In this document: positions 1 through 9,721 of the stretch, piece after piece
Position numbering within the stretch: the first letter of the stretch is position 1
How the letters are laid out: the number at the start of each line of letters is the position of its first letter
Assembly (NCBI RefSeq): GCF_044704955.1
Contig: NC_092006.1
Coordinates: forward strand, 806,001-870,000
Source: Pristiophorus japonicus
Lineage: Eukaryota
Reading direction: 5' to 3'
Length of the DNA: 64,000 nucleotides
Program-made: the position numbers and the translations under genes
The notes under the pieces: model-generated
Seen by the model: the letters and a program-made list of their open reading frames with translations, nothing else
Databases searched by the model: none
Told to the model about the DNA's origin: nothing

Positions 1-191
1 TTGGTGCAACATTTTTCACAACTACTTTAAAGCATTGGCCATTTTACAATTAAAGCTGTGTGGCATCCTTGCAAGGAACAGGCGTGCTCTCCTTTAGCAT
101 TACCTCTCCTTTGAACTATTACAGCTCGTATCAGCAGTGCATTACTGAACAAGACCTAGATACTGAGTTTGGAGCAATGGTGGTTTTTTTA

Positions 192-429
192 ATTCATTAG
201 CAGGATGTGGGCAAAGCCAGCATTTATTGCCCATCCCTAATTGCCCTTGAGTTGCATTCTTGAATACAACTGAGTGTCTCGCTGGGCCATTTCATAGGGC
301 ACTTAAGAATCAACCACATTGCTGTGGGTCTGGAATCACATATAGGCCAAACCAGGTAAGGACGGCAGATTTCCTTCCCTATAGGACATTAGTGAACCAG
401 ATGGGTTTTTAAATGGCATTCCGGTAGTT
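192..429 (-). mobile_element. tRNA-derived SINE, 3' part (interrupted by a LINE)
   Basis: Tail GCCAGCATTTATTGCCCATCCCTAATTGCCCTTGAG is nearly identical to the 3' tail of the adjacent LINE at 498-531; the body continues at ~1956-2110. Confidence 0.65.
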
Positions 430-445
430 CTAGAACACTGATCAA

Positions 446-1955
446 ATTTTTTTTTTTTTTTTAAATCATTCATGGGATGAGGACGTCGCTGGCAAGGCCA
501 GCATTTATTGCCCATCCCTAATTACCCTCGAGCTGGTGGTGGTGAGTCGCCTTCTTGAACCGCTGCAGTCCGTGTGGTGAAGGTGCTCCCACAGTGCGGT
601 TAGGGAGGGAGTTCCAGGATTGTGACCCAGCGACGATGAATTTATATTTCCCAGTCAGGTAGGTGTATGACTTGGAGGTGGTGGTGTTCCCATGCGCCTG
701 CTGTCCTGGTCCTTCTAGGCCGAAGAAACCTTGGCGAGTTGCTGCAGTGCATCTTATAGATGGTATATACTGTAGCCACGGTGCGCCAGGGGTGGAGGGA
801 GTGAATGTTTAAGATGGTGGATGGGATGCCAATCAAGCGTCCTGGATGGTGTCAAGCTTCTTGAGCGTTGTTGGAGCTGCACTCATCCAGGAAAGTGGGG
901 CATTTTCCATCACACTCCTGACTTGTGCCTTGTAGATGGCGGAAAGGCTTTGGGGAGTCAGGAGGTGAGACACTTGCCGCAGAATACTCAGCCTCTGACC
1001 TGCTCTTGCTGCCACAGTGGCTGGTCCAGCTAAGTTTCTAGTCAATGGTGATCCCAAGGATGTTGCTGGTGGGTAATGCCGTTGTTTGTCAAAGGGCAGT
1101 GTCATCCAGGTCTTGCTGCAGGCGGGCATGACCTGCATGCGGCATGGACTGCTTCATTATCTGAGCTGCGAATGGCACTGAACACTCTGCAGTCATCAGC
1201 GGACATCCCCACTTCTGACCTTATGGTGGAGGGAAGGTCATTGATGAAGCAGCTGAAGATGGTTGGACTTGGGACACTATCTTGACGAACTACTGCAGCG
1301 ATGTCCTGGGGCTGTGATGATTGACCTCCAACCACCACAACCATCTTCCTTTTTGCTTGGTATGACCCCAGCCAATGGAGCTTTTTTCCCCCCCGATTCC
1401 CATTGACTTCAGTTTTGCTACGGCTCCTTGATGCCACATTCAGTCAAATGCTGCCTTGATGTCAAGGGCAGTCACTCTAACCTCACTTCTGGAATTCAGC
1501 TCTTTTGTCCATTTTTGGACCAAGGCTATAATGAGGTCTGGAGCCAAGTGGTCCTAGCAGAACCCAAACTTGGCATCGGTAAGCAGATTATTGGAGGGTA
1601 AGTGCCGCTTGATGTCAACGACACCTTCCATCACTGATGATCGAGAGTAGACCGACAGGGCAGTAATTGGCCGAATTGGATTTGTCTTGCTTTTTGTGGA
1701 TGGGACATAACTGGGCAGTTTTCCACATTATCGGTCAGTGTTGTAGCTGTACAGGAACAGCTTGGCTAGAGGTGCGGCTAGTTCTGGAGCACAAGTCTTC
1801 AGCACGACAGCCAGGATGCTGTCAGGGCCCATAGCCTTTGTTGTATCCAGTGCGCTCAGCCGTTTCTTGGTATCACGTGGAGTGAATTGAACTGGCTGAA
1901 GACTGGTTTCTGTGATGGCAGGGACCCAAGGAGGAGGCTGACATGGATCATCCAT
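446..1955 (-). mobile_element. 5'-truncated, degenerate CR1-group (L2/Crack/Daphne-like) LINE, RT region
   Basis: Broken minus-strand RT peptides (KAMGPDSILAVVLKTCAPELAAPLAKLF, FSCFINDLPS, SADD, LSAIYKAQVRSVME); poly-A tail seen as a T-run at ~448-462. Confidence 0.85.
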
Positions 1956-2110
1956 TCATGATACATTACTAATACTAGTTTATTCCAGATTTATTTAATT
2001 GAATTTAAGTTCCCCAGCTGCCGTGGTGAGATTTGAACTCATGTCTCTGGATCATCAGTTGGCCGCTGGATCACTAGTCCAGTAACAGAATCACTATGCT
2101 ACCGTACCCA
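1956..2110 (-). mobile_element. tRNA-derived SINE, 5' head
   Basis: Minus strand reads GGGTACGGTAGCATAGTG (A-box-like) ... GAGTTCAAATCTC (B-box-like); resumes the SINE at 192-429. Confidence 0.65.
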
Positions 2111-3134
2111 TAGGAGTGAAAGCTATTGTTCCCAAAGTCTGACAGGGATAGGTACACAATAGCAAAAACACATTTGGCAGAGCTTGCCACAGACTTCTGC
2201 CAACATATTATGCAAACAGAACTGCTGAAATCAGTTCCTGGTCGAAATAACATGCAAGTAACAGTTCAGCATTGAATTACTACATCTTGATGTCAGGTTT
2301 CAAAGTTCTACATACTGCAAATACCTGTGCTACTAAATTCCTAATGTTATTCCTGTATTACCAGACTTGTATACCTTCAGTTGCTCACTCTTATCTTTTC
2401 ACCTACATTATCTACAGCAATATGTAACCTAAATTTGCAAACAAGCATTAGAAAAAAAGAAAAACAAATCATCCAGTGGACACAGCGTTCGACTTGAACT
2501 TCTGGCTGCTAACACTATAAACCAATTTAATTCTTTAACTAAATCCTTATGCCTCCAAATTTAACTGCTGCCTTGAACCTTGCTGCCAACAGCTTGGCCG
2601 AAGGGCAGAATAATCCCTGGCCATGGAATGTCTGCAATGTCTGGCTCATTTCACAATATGTCTGCAAATCCCATGGTAAACATCCCAGGCTATGGGACAC
2701 CAGTATCTTCACATGTTCAAAATTATCTAGGAGCCTGCATGCATATACCAGCAAGGAGTTAAAGGACAGAAAAGGGTGAGATATATCATCTGGTTCATGA
2801 TGCAGACAGAATACATCCACGTACACACTGGTCCACCCCCGACAGACAGAACGCAGCCACGTGTCCACGGTAACCCATAAATTCTCCTAATCCCAGCTAA
2901 CCCTCTATTTCCCTCTAATGGAAATGTGCTCTTTTCTCTGGACCTTGTCTAGCTCCGCCCCAAAGGGTTGCAAGGAATCCAAACTCACTGTGCTTTCAGA
3001 GGGTGACAACTGTGAAAAACAAAATGACTTCTGACATCTTACCCAACTTTTTGCCCAAGAATGTTATGCATATGACTTGAAGCTCTACATCACCATCCAT
3101 TTTAAATAACCTATCTAACTGGATAGAATCTAAA

Positions 3135-3280
3135 TCCCTTCATGTTAAAAAGATACATAGGTTAATGAAGGACAGCCAGTACCAATCTGTTAAGGGCAAG
3201 TCATGTTTGACAAATAAAATAATTTTTGAACCAGTGTCCAATTGGATAGAGAGAGGAAATGCAGCAGATATAGTGTCTAT
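3135..3280 (+). mobile_element. Old CR1 RT fragment
   Basis: KDSQYQSVKGKSCLTN...ERGNAADIV resembles SQHGFVKGRSCLTN...DKGVPVDVV of the intact ORF2. Confidence 0.7.
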
Positions 3281-3584
3281 GGCCGGGCAATTTACACACT
3301 GGGCCTGGCCTGGCCCCCGGTACTTGACATGGGCCACATTCAACAGACGTTATCTGGAGACATTGGTGTAGAAATTGGTACAGGGGTATGAGTCTCGTTT
3401 GTTTTTTGTGGGTGAAGTATACCAATTTCTGGGAACAAGGTCCTGCACATCAGCATATTAAATCCCATTTTTACAAAATACATTACAAAAAAAAAAATCA
3501 CTGTTTTTAGGCATACCTGACAACTGCCCGAGATCAACGTTAGATCAATTTAAATCTGCAAAGAAAGGTCTTGCATCTCTTTAG

Positions 3585-3825
3585 ACGGATGTAAAAATCC
3601 CATAGCACTATTCATACAAGGATTTCTGCTCACATCTCTGCTAATGTTCTCTCAACCAACACCATCAAAAAATATTAACTGATCTTTCATCTCATTTTCT
3701 GTTTGTGGGTCCTCATCGTCAGCAATCTGGCTGCTGTGAAAGCCTGTGTGACAATGACTACTTCAAAAGGCATCCATTGTCGGTGAAGTGCTTCGGGACG
3801 GATCATGAATGTAGTAAGGCGCTAC
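3585..3825 (+). mobile_element. DeuSINE-type (SacSINE1-like) SINE, 3' half
   Basis: GATGTAAAAATCCCATAGCACTATT ... GTGAAGTGCTTCGGGAC ... AAGGCGCTA; similar to the reverse complement of the 14490-14882 copy. Confidence 0.55.
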
Positions 3826-4428
3826 AGTCAAACTATTTTATACAGGTGTAGTAAGGCGCTACAGTCAAACTATTTTATACAGGTGTAGTAATCCGCTACA
3901 GTCAAACTATTTTATGCAGGTGTAGTAAGGCGCTACAGTCAAACTATTTTATACAGGTGTAGTAAGGCGCTACCGTCAAGCTATTTTATACAGGTGTAGT
4001 AAGGCGCTACAGTCAAACTATTTTATACAGGTGTGGTAATGCGCTACAATCAAACTATTTTATACAGGTGTAGTAAGGCGCTACAGTCAAACTATTTTAT
4101 ACAGGTATAGTAAGGTGCTACAGTCAAACTATTTTATACAGGTGCATTAAGACACTACAGTGAAACTATTTTATACAGGTATAGTAAGGCGCTACAGTCA
4201 AACTATTTTACAGGTGTAGTAAGACACTACAATCAAACAGTTTTATACAGGTGTAGTAAGGTGCAACAGTCAAACTATTTTATACAGGTGTAGTAAGACA
4301 CTACAGTGAAACTATTTTATACAGGTATAGTAAGGCGCTACAGTCAAACTATTTTATACAGGTGTAGTAAGACACTACAAACAGTTTTATACAGGTGTCG
4401 TAAGGTGCTATAGTCAAACTGTTCTACA
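3810..4428. repeat. 37-bp minisatellite (TGTAGTAAGGCGCTACAGTCAAACTATTTTATACAGG), ~16 copies
   Basis: Direct tandem repetition visible. Confidence 0.95.
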
Positions 4429-4821
4429 AGGACAGCAGTGTTACACTGAATAGTTATTCAGCTCTTCAATGTAGTTTCAATCATCCCCATCTCTCTCTCA
4501 GCAACCCCTCTGCCTAAAATATAATAAACACTTCAAAATAATTTTTCTGTGAAACTCTACTTCAAAAAAGTCTAAAATTCATGCTTCAGAATGTTTGAAA
4601 ATAAATTTGGAAAAATAGATAGTCAGAGCACAAGGAAAAGCAGCTTCAACGTAACGCAATGACAGAATCACACAATCACACTAATGCAGGCTGCAATTCC
4701 AAGTGACAGGTTTTGGAGATAAACAAATTCAACCCTATGTTTTTGTGAGAGAATGAATTCCTGGACTAAGACATTAATTAGGGTCCTCAGACTCAAAAGG
4801 CAATTTTATAGGTAAGTTCAA

Positions 4822-5133
4822 ACTCCCTGGCTGGAAGAGTCTAGAAGTGGGGAGCAGAGTCTCAGGATAAGACGTCAGCCATTTAAGACTGAGATGAGGA
4901 GGAATTTCTTCACTCAGAGGGTGGTGAATCTTTGGAATTCTCTACCCCAGAGGGCTGTGGATGCTCAGTCGTTGAGTATATTCAAGGCTGAAATCGATAG
5001 ATTTTTGGACTCTAGGGGAATCAAGGGATATGGGGATCGGGCAGGAAAGTGGAGTTGAGGTCAAAGATCAGACATGATCTTACTGAAAGGCGGAGTGGGC
5101 TCGAGGGGCCGAATCCTGCTGTTATATTCTTAT
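4822..5133 (+). mobile_element. CR1 3'-end fragment
   Basis: GACTGAGATGAGGAGGAATTTCTTCACTCAGAGGGTGGTGAATCTTTGGAATTC and a TTCTTATG tail, homologous to the CR1 ORF2 C-terminus and 3'UTR. Confidence 0.85.
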
Positions 5134-5411
5134 GAAATATGCAATTTCTGTGTCTTTGTGTTGCAAACCTTATTTGCTACTGGAAACTTCAATTACTGAG
5201 AAAAAATGGCAGTCAAATAAATTCCGCTATTATTTTTACGTAATTTGATTAGCTTGATTTTTTTTTAAACTGATAATTTTTTTTTTCCTTGCTCAGAGTT
5301 AAAGTGATTTAGGATTGGTCAATGGCTTATGAAAACAGAGCAAAACAGGTATATATATGACACAAAAATCATTATTATATACATGTGACACAGGAAATGT
5401 GACTATGTGCT

Positions 5412-5523
5412 GCAGGGATCTGGGGGTCCTTGAACATGAAACTCAAAAGGTTAGCATGCAGGTACAGCAAATAATTAGGAAAGCAAATGGAATGTTGGCC
5501 TTTATTGCAGGGGGCATGGAGTA
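5412..5523 (+). mobile_element. Older CR1 fragment, left part (target of a nested insertion)
   Basis: Encodes RDLGVLEHETQKVSMQVQQIIRKANGMLAFIAGGMEY; continues at 11583. Confidence 0.85.
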
Positions 5524-5613
5524 TAGAAACATAGAAAATAGGTGCAGGATCAGGCCATTCAGCCCTTCTAGCCTGCACCGCCATTCAATGAGTTCATGGC
5601 TGAACATGCAACT

Positions 5614-8520
5614 TCAGTACCCACTTCCTGCTTTCACGCCATACCCCTTGATCCCCCGAGTAGTAAGGACTTCATCTAACTCCCTTTTGAATATATTTAA
5701 TGAATTGGCCTCAACTACTTTCTGTGGTAGAGAATTCCACAGGTTCACCACTCTCTGGGTGAAGAAGTTTCTCCTTATCTCGGTCCTAAATGGCTTACCC
5801 CTTATCCTTAGACTGTGACCTCTGGTTCTGGACTTCCCCAACATTGGGAACATTCTTCCTGCATCCAACCTGTCCAAACCCGTCAGAATTTTAAACGTTT
5901 CTATGAGGTCCCCTCTCACTCTTCTGAACTCCAGTGAATACAAGCCCAGTTGATCCAGTCTTTCTTGATAGGTCAGTCCCACCATCCCGGGAATCAGTCT
6001 GGTGAATCTTCGCTGCACTCCCTCAATAGCAAGAATGTCCTTCCTCAAGTTAGGAGACCAAAACTGTACACAATACTCCAGGTGTGGCCTCACCAAGGCC
6101 CTGTACAACTGTAGCAACACCTCCCTGCCCCTGTACTCAAATCCCCTCGCTATGAAGGCCAACATGCCATTTGCTTTCTTAACCGCCTGCTGTACCTGCA
6201 TGCCAACCTTCAATGACTGATGTACCATGACACCCAGGTCTCGTTGCACCTTCCCTTTTCCTAATCTGTCACCATTCAGATAATAGTCTGTCTCTCTGTT
6301 TTTACCACCAAAGTGGATAACCTCACATTTATCCACATTATACTTCATCTGCCACGCATTTGCCCACTCACCTAACCTATCCAAGTCACTCTGCAGCCTC
6401 ATAGCATCCTCCTCGCAGCTCACACTGCCACCCAACTTAGTGTCATCTGCAAATTTAGAGATACTACATTTAATCCCCTCGTCTAAATCATTAATGTACA
6501 ATGTAAACAACTGGGGCCCCAGCACAGAACCCTGCGGTACCCCACTAGTCACTGCCTGCCATTCCGAAAAGTACCCATTTACTCCTACTCTTTGCTTCCT
6601 GTCTGACAACGAGTTCTCAATCCACGTCAGCACACTAACCCCAATCCCATGTGCTTTAACTTTGCACATCAATCTCCTGTGTGGGACCTTGTCGAAAGCC
6701 TTCTGAAAGTCCAAATATACCACATCAACTGGTACTCCTTTGTCCACTTTATTGGAAACATCCTCAAAAAATTCCAGAAGATTTGTCAAGCATGATCTCC
6801 CTTTCACAAATCCATGCTGACTTGGACCTATCATGTCACCATTTTCCAAATGCGCTGCTATGACATCCTTAATAATTGATTCCATCATTTTACCCACTAC
6901 TGAGGTCAGGCTGACCGGTCTATAATTACCTGCTTTCTCTCTCCCTCCTTTTTTAAAAAGTGGGGTTACATTGGCTACCCTCCATTCGATAGGAACTGAT
7001 CCAGAGTCAATGGAATGTTGGAAAATGACTATCAATGCATCTGCTATTTCCAAGGCCACCTCCTTAAGTACTCTGGGATGCAGTCCATCAGGCCCTGGGG
7101 ATTTATCGGCCTTCAATCCCATCAATTTCCCCAACACAATTTCCCGACTAATAAAGATTTCCCTCAGTTCCTCCTCCTTACTAGACCCTCTGACCACTTT
7201 TATATCCGGAAGGTTGTTTGTGTCCTCCTTAGTGAATACTGAACCAAAGTACTTGTTCAATTGGTCTGCCATTTCTTTGTTCCCCGTTATGACTTCCCCT
7301 GATTCTGACTGCAGGGGACCTACGTTTGTCTTTACTAACCTTTTTCTCTTTACATACCTATAGAAACTTTTGCAATCCGCCTTAATGTTCCCTGCAAGCT
7401 TCTTCTCGTACTCCATTTTCCCTGCCCTAATCAAACCCTTTTTCTTCCTCTGCTGAGTTCTAAATTTCTCCCAGTCCCCAGGTTCGCTGCTATTTCTGGC
7501 CAATTTGTATGCCATTTCCTTGGCTTTAATACTATCCCTGATTTCCCTAGATAGCCACGGTTGAGCCACCTTCCCTTTTTTATTTTTACGCCAAACAGGA
7601 ATGTACAATTGTTGTAATTCATCCATGCGGTCTCTAAATGTCTGCCATTGCCCATCCACAGTCAACCCCTTAAGTATCATTAGCCAATCTATCTTAGCCA
7701 ATTCATGCCTCATACCTTCAAAGTTACCCTTCTTTAAGTTCTGGACCATGGTCTCTGAATTAACTGTTTCATTCTCCATCCTAATGCAGAATTCCACCAT
7801 ATTATGGTCACTCTTCCCCAAGGGGCCTCGCACAATGAGATTGCTAATTAATCCTCTCTCATTACACAACACCCAGTCTAAGATGGCCTCCCCCCTAGTT
7901 GGTTCCTCGACATATTGGTCTAGAAAACCATCCCTTATGCACTCCAGGAAATCCTCCTCCACCGTATTGCTTCCAGTTTGGCTGGCCCAATCTACGTGCA
8001 TATTAAAGTCACCCATTATAACTGCTGCACCTTTATTGCATGCACTCCTAATTTCCTGTTTGATGCCCTCCCCAACATCACTACTACTGTTTGGAGGTCT
8101 GTACACAACTCCCACTAACGATTTTTGCCCTTTAGTGTTCTGCAGCTCTACCCATATAGATTCCACATCATCCAAGCTAATGTCTTTCCTAACTATTGCA
8201 TTAATCTCCTCTTTAACCAGCAATGCTAGTCCACCTCCTTTTCCTTTTATTCTATCCTTCCTGAATGTTGAATACCCCTGGATGTTGAGTTCCCAGCCCT
8301 GATCATCCTGGAGCCACGTCTCCGTAATCCCAATCACATCATATTTGTTAACATCTATTTGCACAGTTAATTCATCCACCTTATTGCGGATACTCCTTGC
8401 ATTAAGACACAAAGCCTTCAGGCTTGCTTTTTTAACACCCTTTGTCCTTTTAGAATTTTGCTGTACAGTGGCCCTTTTTGTTCTTTGCCTTGGGTTTCTC
8501 TGCCCTCCACTTTTCCTCAT
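5614..8520 (-). CDS. CR1 ORF2: AP-like endonuclease plus reverse transcriptase (968 aa, uninterrupted)
   Basis: EN motifs LNARSI, GITETW, GGGLAL, VYRPP, MGDFN, LDWVL, SDHN; RT motifs YRPVSLTS, YLDFQKAFD, GVPQGSVLGP, FADD; CR1 C-terminus RPHLEYCVQFWSP. Confidence 0.97.
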   Translation of the reverse strand: MRKSGGQRNPRQRTKRATVQQNSKRTKGVKKASLKALCLNARSIRNKVDELTVQIDVNKYDVIGITETWLQDDQGWELNIQGYSTFRKDRIKGKGGGLALLVKEEINAIVRKDISLDDVESIWVELQNTKGQKSLVGVVYRPPNSSSDVGEGIKQEIRSACNKGAAVIMGDFNMHVDWASQTGSNTVEEDFLECIRDGFLDQYVEEPTRGEAILDWVLCNERGLISNLIVRGPLGKSDHNMVEFCIRMENETVNSETMVQNLKKGNFEGMRHELAKIDWLMILKGLTVDGQWQTFRDRMDELQQLYIPVWRKNKKGKVAQPWLSREIRDSIKAKEMAYKLARNSSEPGDWEKFRTQQRKKKGLIRAGKMEYEKKLAGNIKADCKSFYRYVKRKRLVKTNVGPLQSESGEVITGNKEMADQLNKYFGSVFTKEDTNNLPDIKVVRGSSKEEELREIFISREIVLGKLMGLKADKSPGPDGLHPRVLKEVALEIADALIVIFQHSIDSGSVPIEWRVANVTPLFKKGGREKAGNYRPVSLTSVVGKMMESIIKDVIAAHLENGDMIGPSQHGFVKGRSCLTNLLEFFEDVSNKVDKGVPVDVVYLDFQKAFDKVPHRRLMCKVKAHGIGVSVLTWIENSLSDRKQRVGVNGYFSEWQAVTSGVPQGSVLGPQLFTLYINDLDEGIKCSISKFADDTKLGGSVSCEEDAMRLQSDLDRLGEWANAWQMKYNVDKCEVIHFGGKNRETDYYLNGDRLGKGKVQRDLGVMVHQSLKVGMQVQQAVKKANGMLAFIARGFEYRGREVLLQLYRALVRPHLEYCVQFWSPNLRKDILAIEGVQRRFTRLIPGMVGLTYQERLDQLGLYSLEFRRVRGDLIETFKILTGLDRLDAGRMFPMLGKSRTRGHSLRIRGKPFRTEIRRNFFTQRVVNLWNSLPQKVVEANSLNIFKRELDEVLTTRGIKGYGVKAGSGY

Positions 8521-8597
8521 CTTCTTTCTGTCTTTTGCTTTTGCCTCATTTTTGTCTCCCTCTGTCTCCCTGCATTGGTTCCCATCCCCCTGCCATA

Positions 8598-9545
8598 TTA
8601 GTTTAACTCCTCCCCAACAGCACTAGCAAACACTCCCCCTAGGACATTGGTTCCGGTCCTGCCCAGGTGCAGACCGTCCGGTTTGTACTGGTCCCACCTC
8701 CCCCAGAACCGGTTCCAATGCCCCAAGAATTTGAATCCCTCTCTGCTGCACCACTGCTCAAGCCATGTATTTATCTGCGCTATCCTGCGATTCCTACTCT
8801 GACTAGCACGTGGCACTGGTAGCAATCCCGAGATTACTACTTTTGAGGTCCTACTTTTTAATTTAGCTCCTAGCTCCTTAAATTCTTTTCGTAGGACTTC
8901 ATCCCTTTTTTTACCTATGTCGTTGGTACCAATGTGCACCACGACAACTGGCTGTTCTCCCTCCCATTTCAGAATGTCCTGCACCCGCTCCGAGACATCC
9001 TTGACCCTTGCACCAGGGAGGCAACATACCATCCTGGAGTCTCGGTTGCGTCCGCAGAAACGCCTATCTATTCCCCTCACCATCGAATCCCCTATCACTA
9101 TCGCTCTCCCACTCTTTTTCCTGCCCTCCTGTGCAGCAGAGCCAGCCACGGTGCCATGAACTTGGCTGCTGCTGCCCTCCCCTGATGAGTCATCCTCCCC
9201 AACAGTACCCAAAGCGGTGTATCTGTTTTGCAGGGGGATAACCACAGGGGACCCCTGCACTATCTTTCTTGCACTGCTCTTCCTGCTGGTCTTCCATTCC
9301 CTATCTGGCTGTGGACCCTTCTCCTGCGGTAAGACCAACTCACTACACGTGATACTCACGTCATTCTCAGCATCGTCGATGCTCCAGAGTGAATCCACCC
9401 TCAGCTCCAATTCCGCAACGCGGACCGTCAAGAGCTCGAGGCGGATACACTTCCCACACACGTAGCGCCCAGGGACACCGGAAGTGTCCCCGAGTTCCCA
9501 CATGGTACAGGAGGAGCATATCACATGGCCGAGCTCTCCTGCCAT
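8598..9545 (-). CDS. CR1 ORF1: zinc-finger, coiled coil and SGNH esterase domain (315 aa)
   Basis: CSSC...CGKC pair, heptad LTVRVAELELRVDSL, SGNH blocks IGDSM, LPGA, HIGTND, DGLH. Confidence 0.93.
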   Translation of the reverse strand: MAGELGHVICSSCTMWELGDTSGVPGRYVCGKCIRLELLTVRVAELELRVDSLWSIDDAENDVSITCSELVLPQEKGPQPDREWKTSRKSSARKIVQGSPVVIPLQNRYTALGTVGEDDSSGEGSSSQVHGTVAGSAAQEGRKKSGRAIVIGDSMVRGIDRRFCGRNRDSRMVCCLPGARVKDVSERVQDILKWEGEQPVVVVHIGTNDIGKKRDEVLRKEFKELGAKLKSRTSKVVISGLLPVPRASQSRNRRIAQINTWLEQWCSREGFKFLGHWNRFWGRWDQYKPDGLHLGRTGTNVLGGVFASAVGEELN

Positions 9546-9721
9546 GTCTTAACCCTTAGATACCCTTAAATTGGTAATAACAATGTTGCAGTTCACTTAC
9601 TGATATAAAAAAGAAAAGAAAAGCTACTCACCAATCACCAGCCAATCACTTACCCCATTGGCTGTGACGTCACTTTTTGATTACTTTCTACTTCTATTTT
9701 GCTTTCTCTCCCGCTGTAGCT
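9546..9721 (-). promoter_or_regulatory. CR1 5'UTR with CRE palindrome, CCAAT boxes and consensus splice donors
   Basis: GTGACGTCAC at 9664-9673; CCAAT at ~9631 and ~9642 (+) and ~9657 (-); minus-strand GGG|GTAAGT and TTG|GTGAGT. Confidence 0.55.

Noticed and set aside
1956-2110. tRNA gene calls at A/B-box sequences (also ~14820-14880)
   Set aside because: SINE heads attached to SINE bodies, with no complete cloverleaf evident.
6002-9465. Plus-strand ORFs (up to 233 aa) overlapping the intact CR1
   Set aside because: Antisense shadows of ORF1 and ORF2 with no independent protein motifs.
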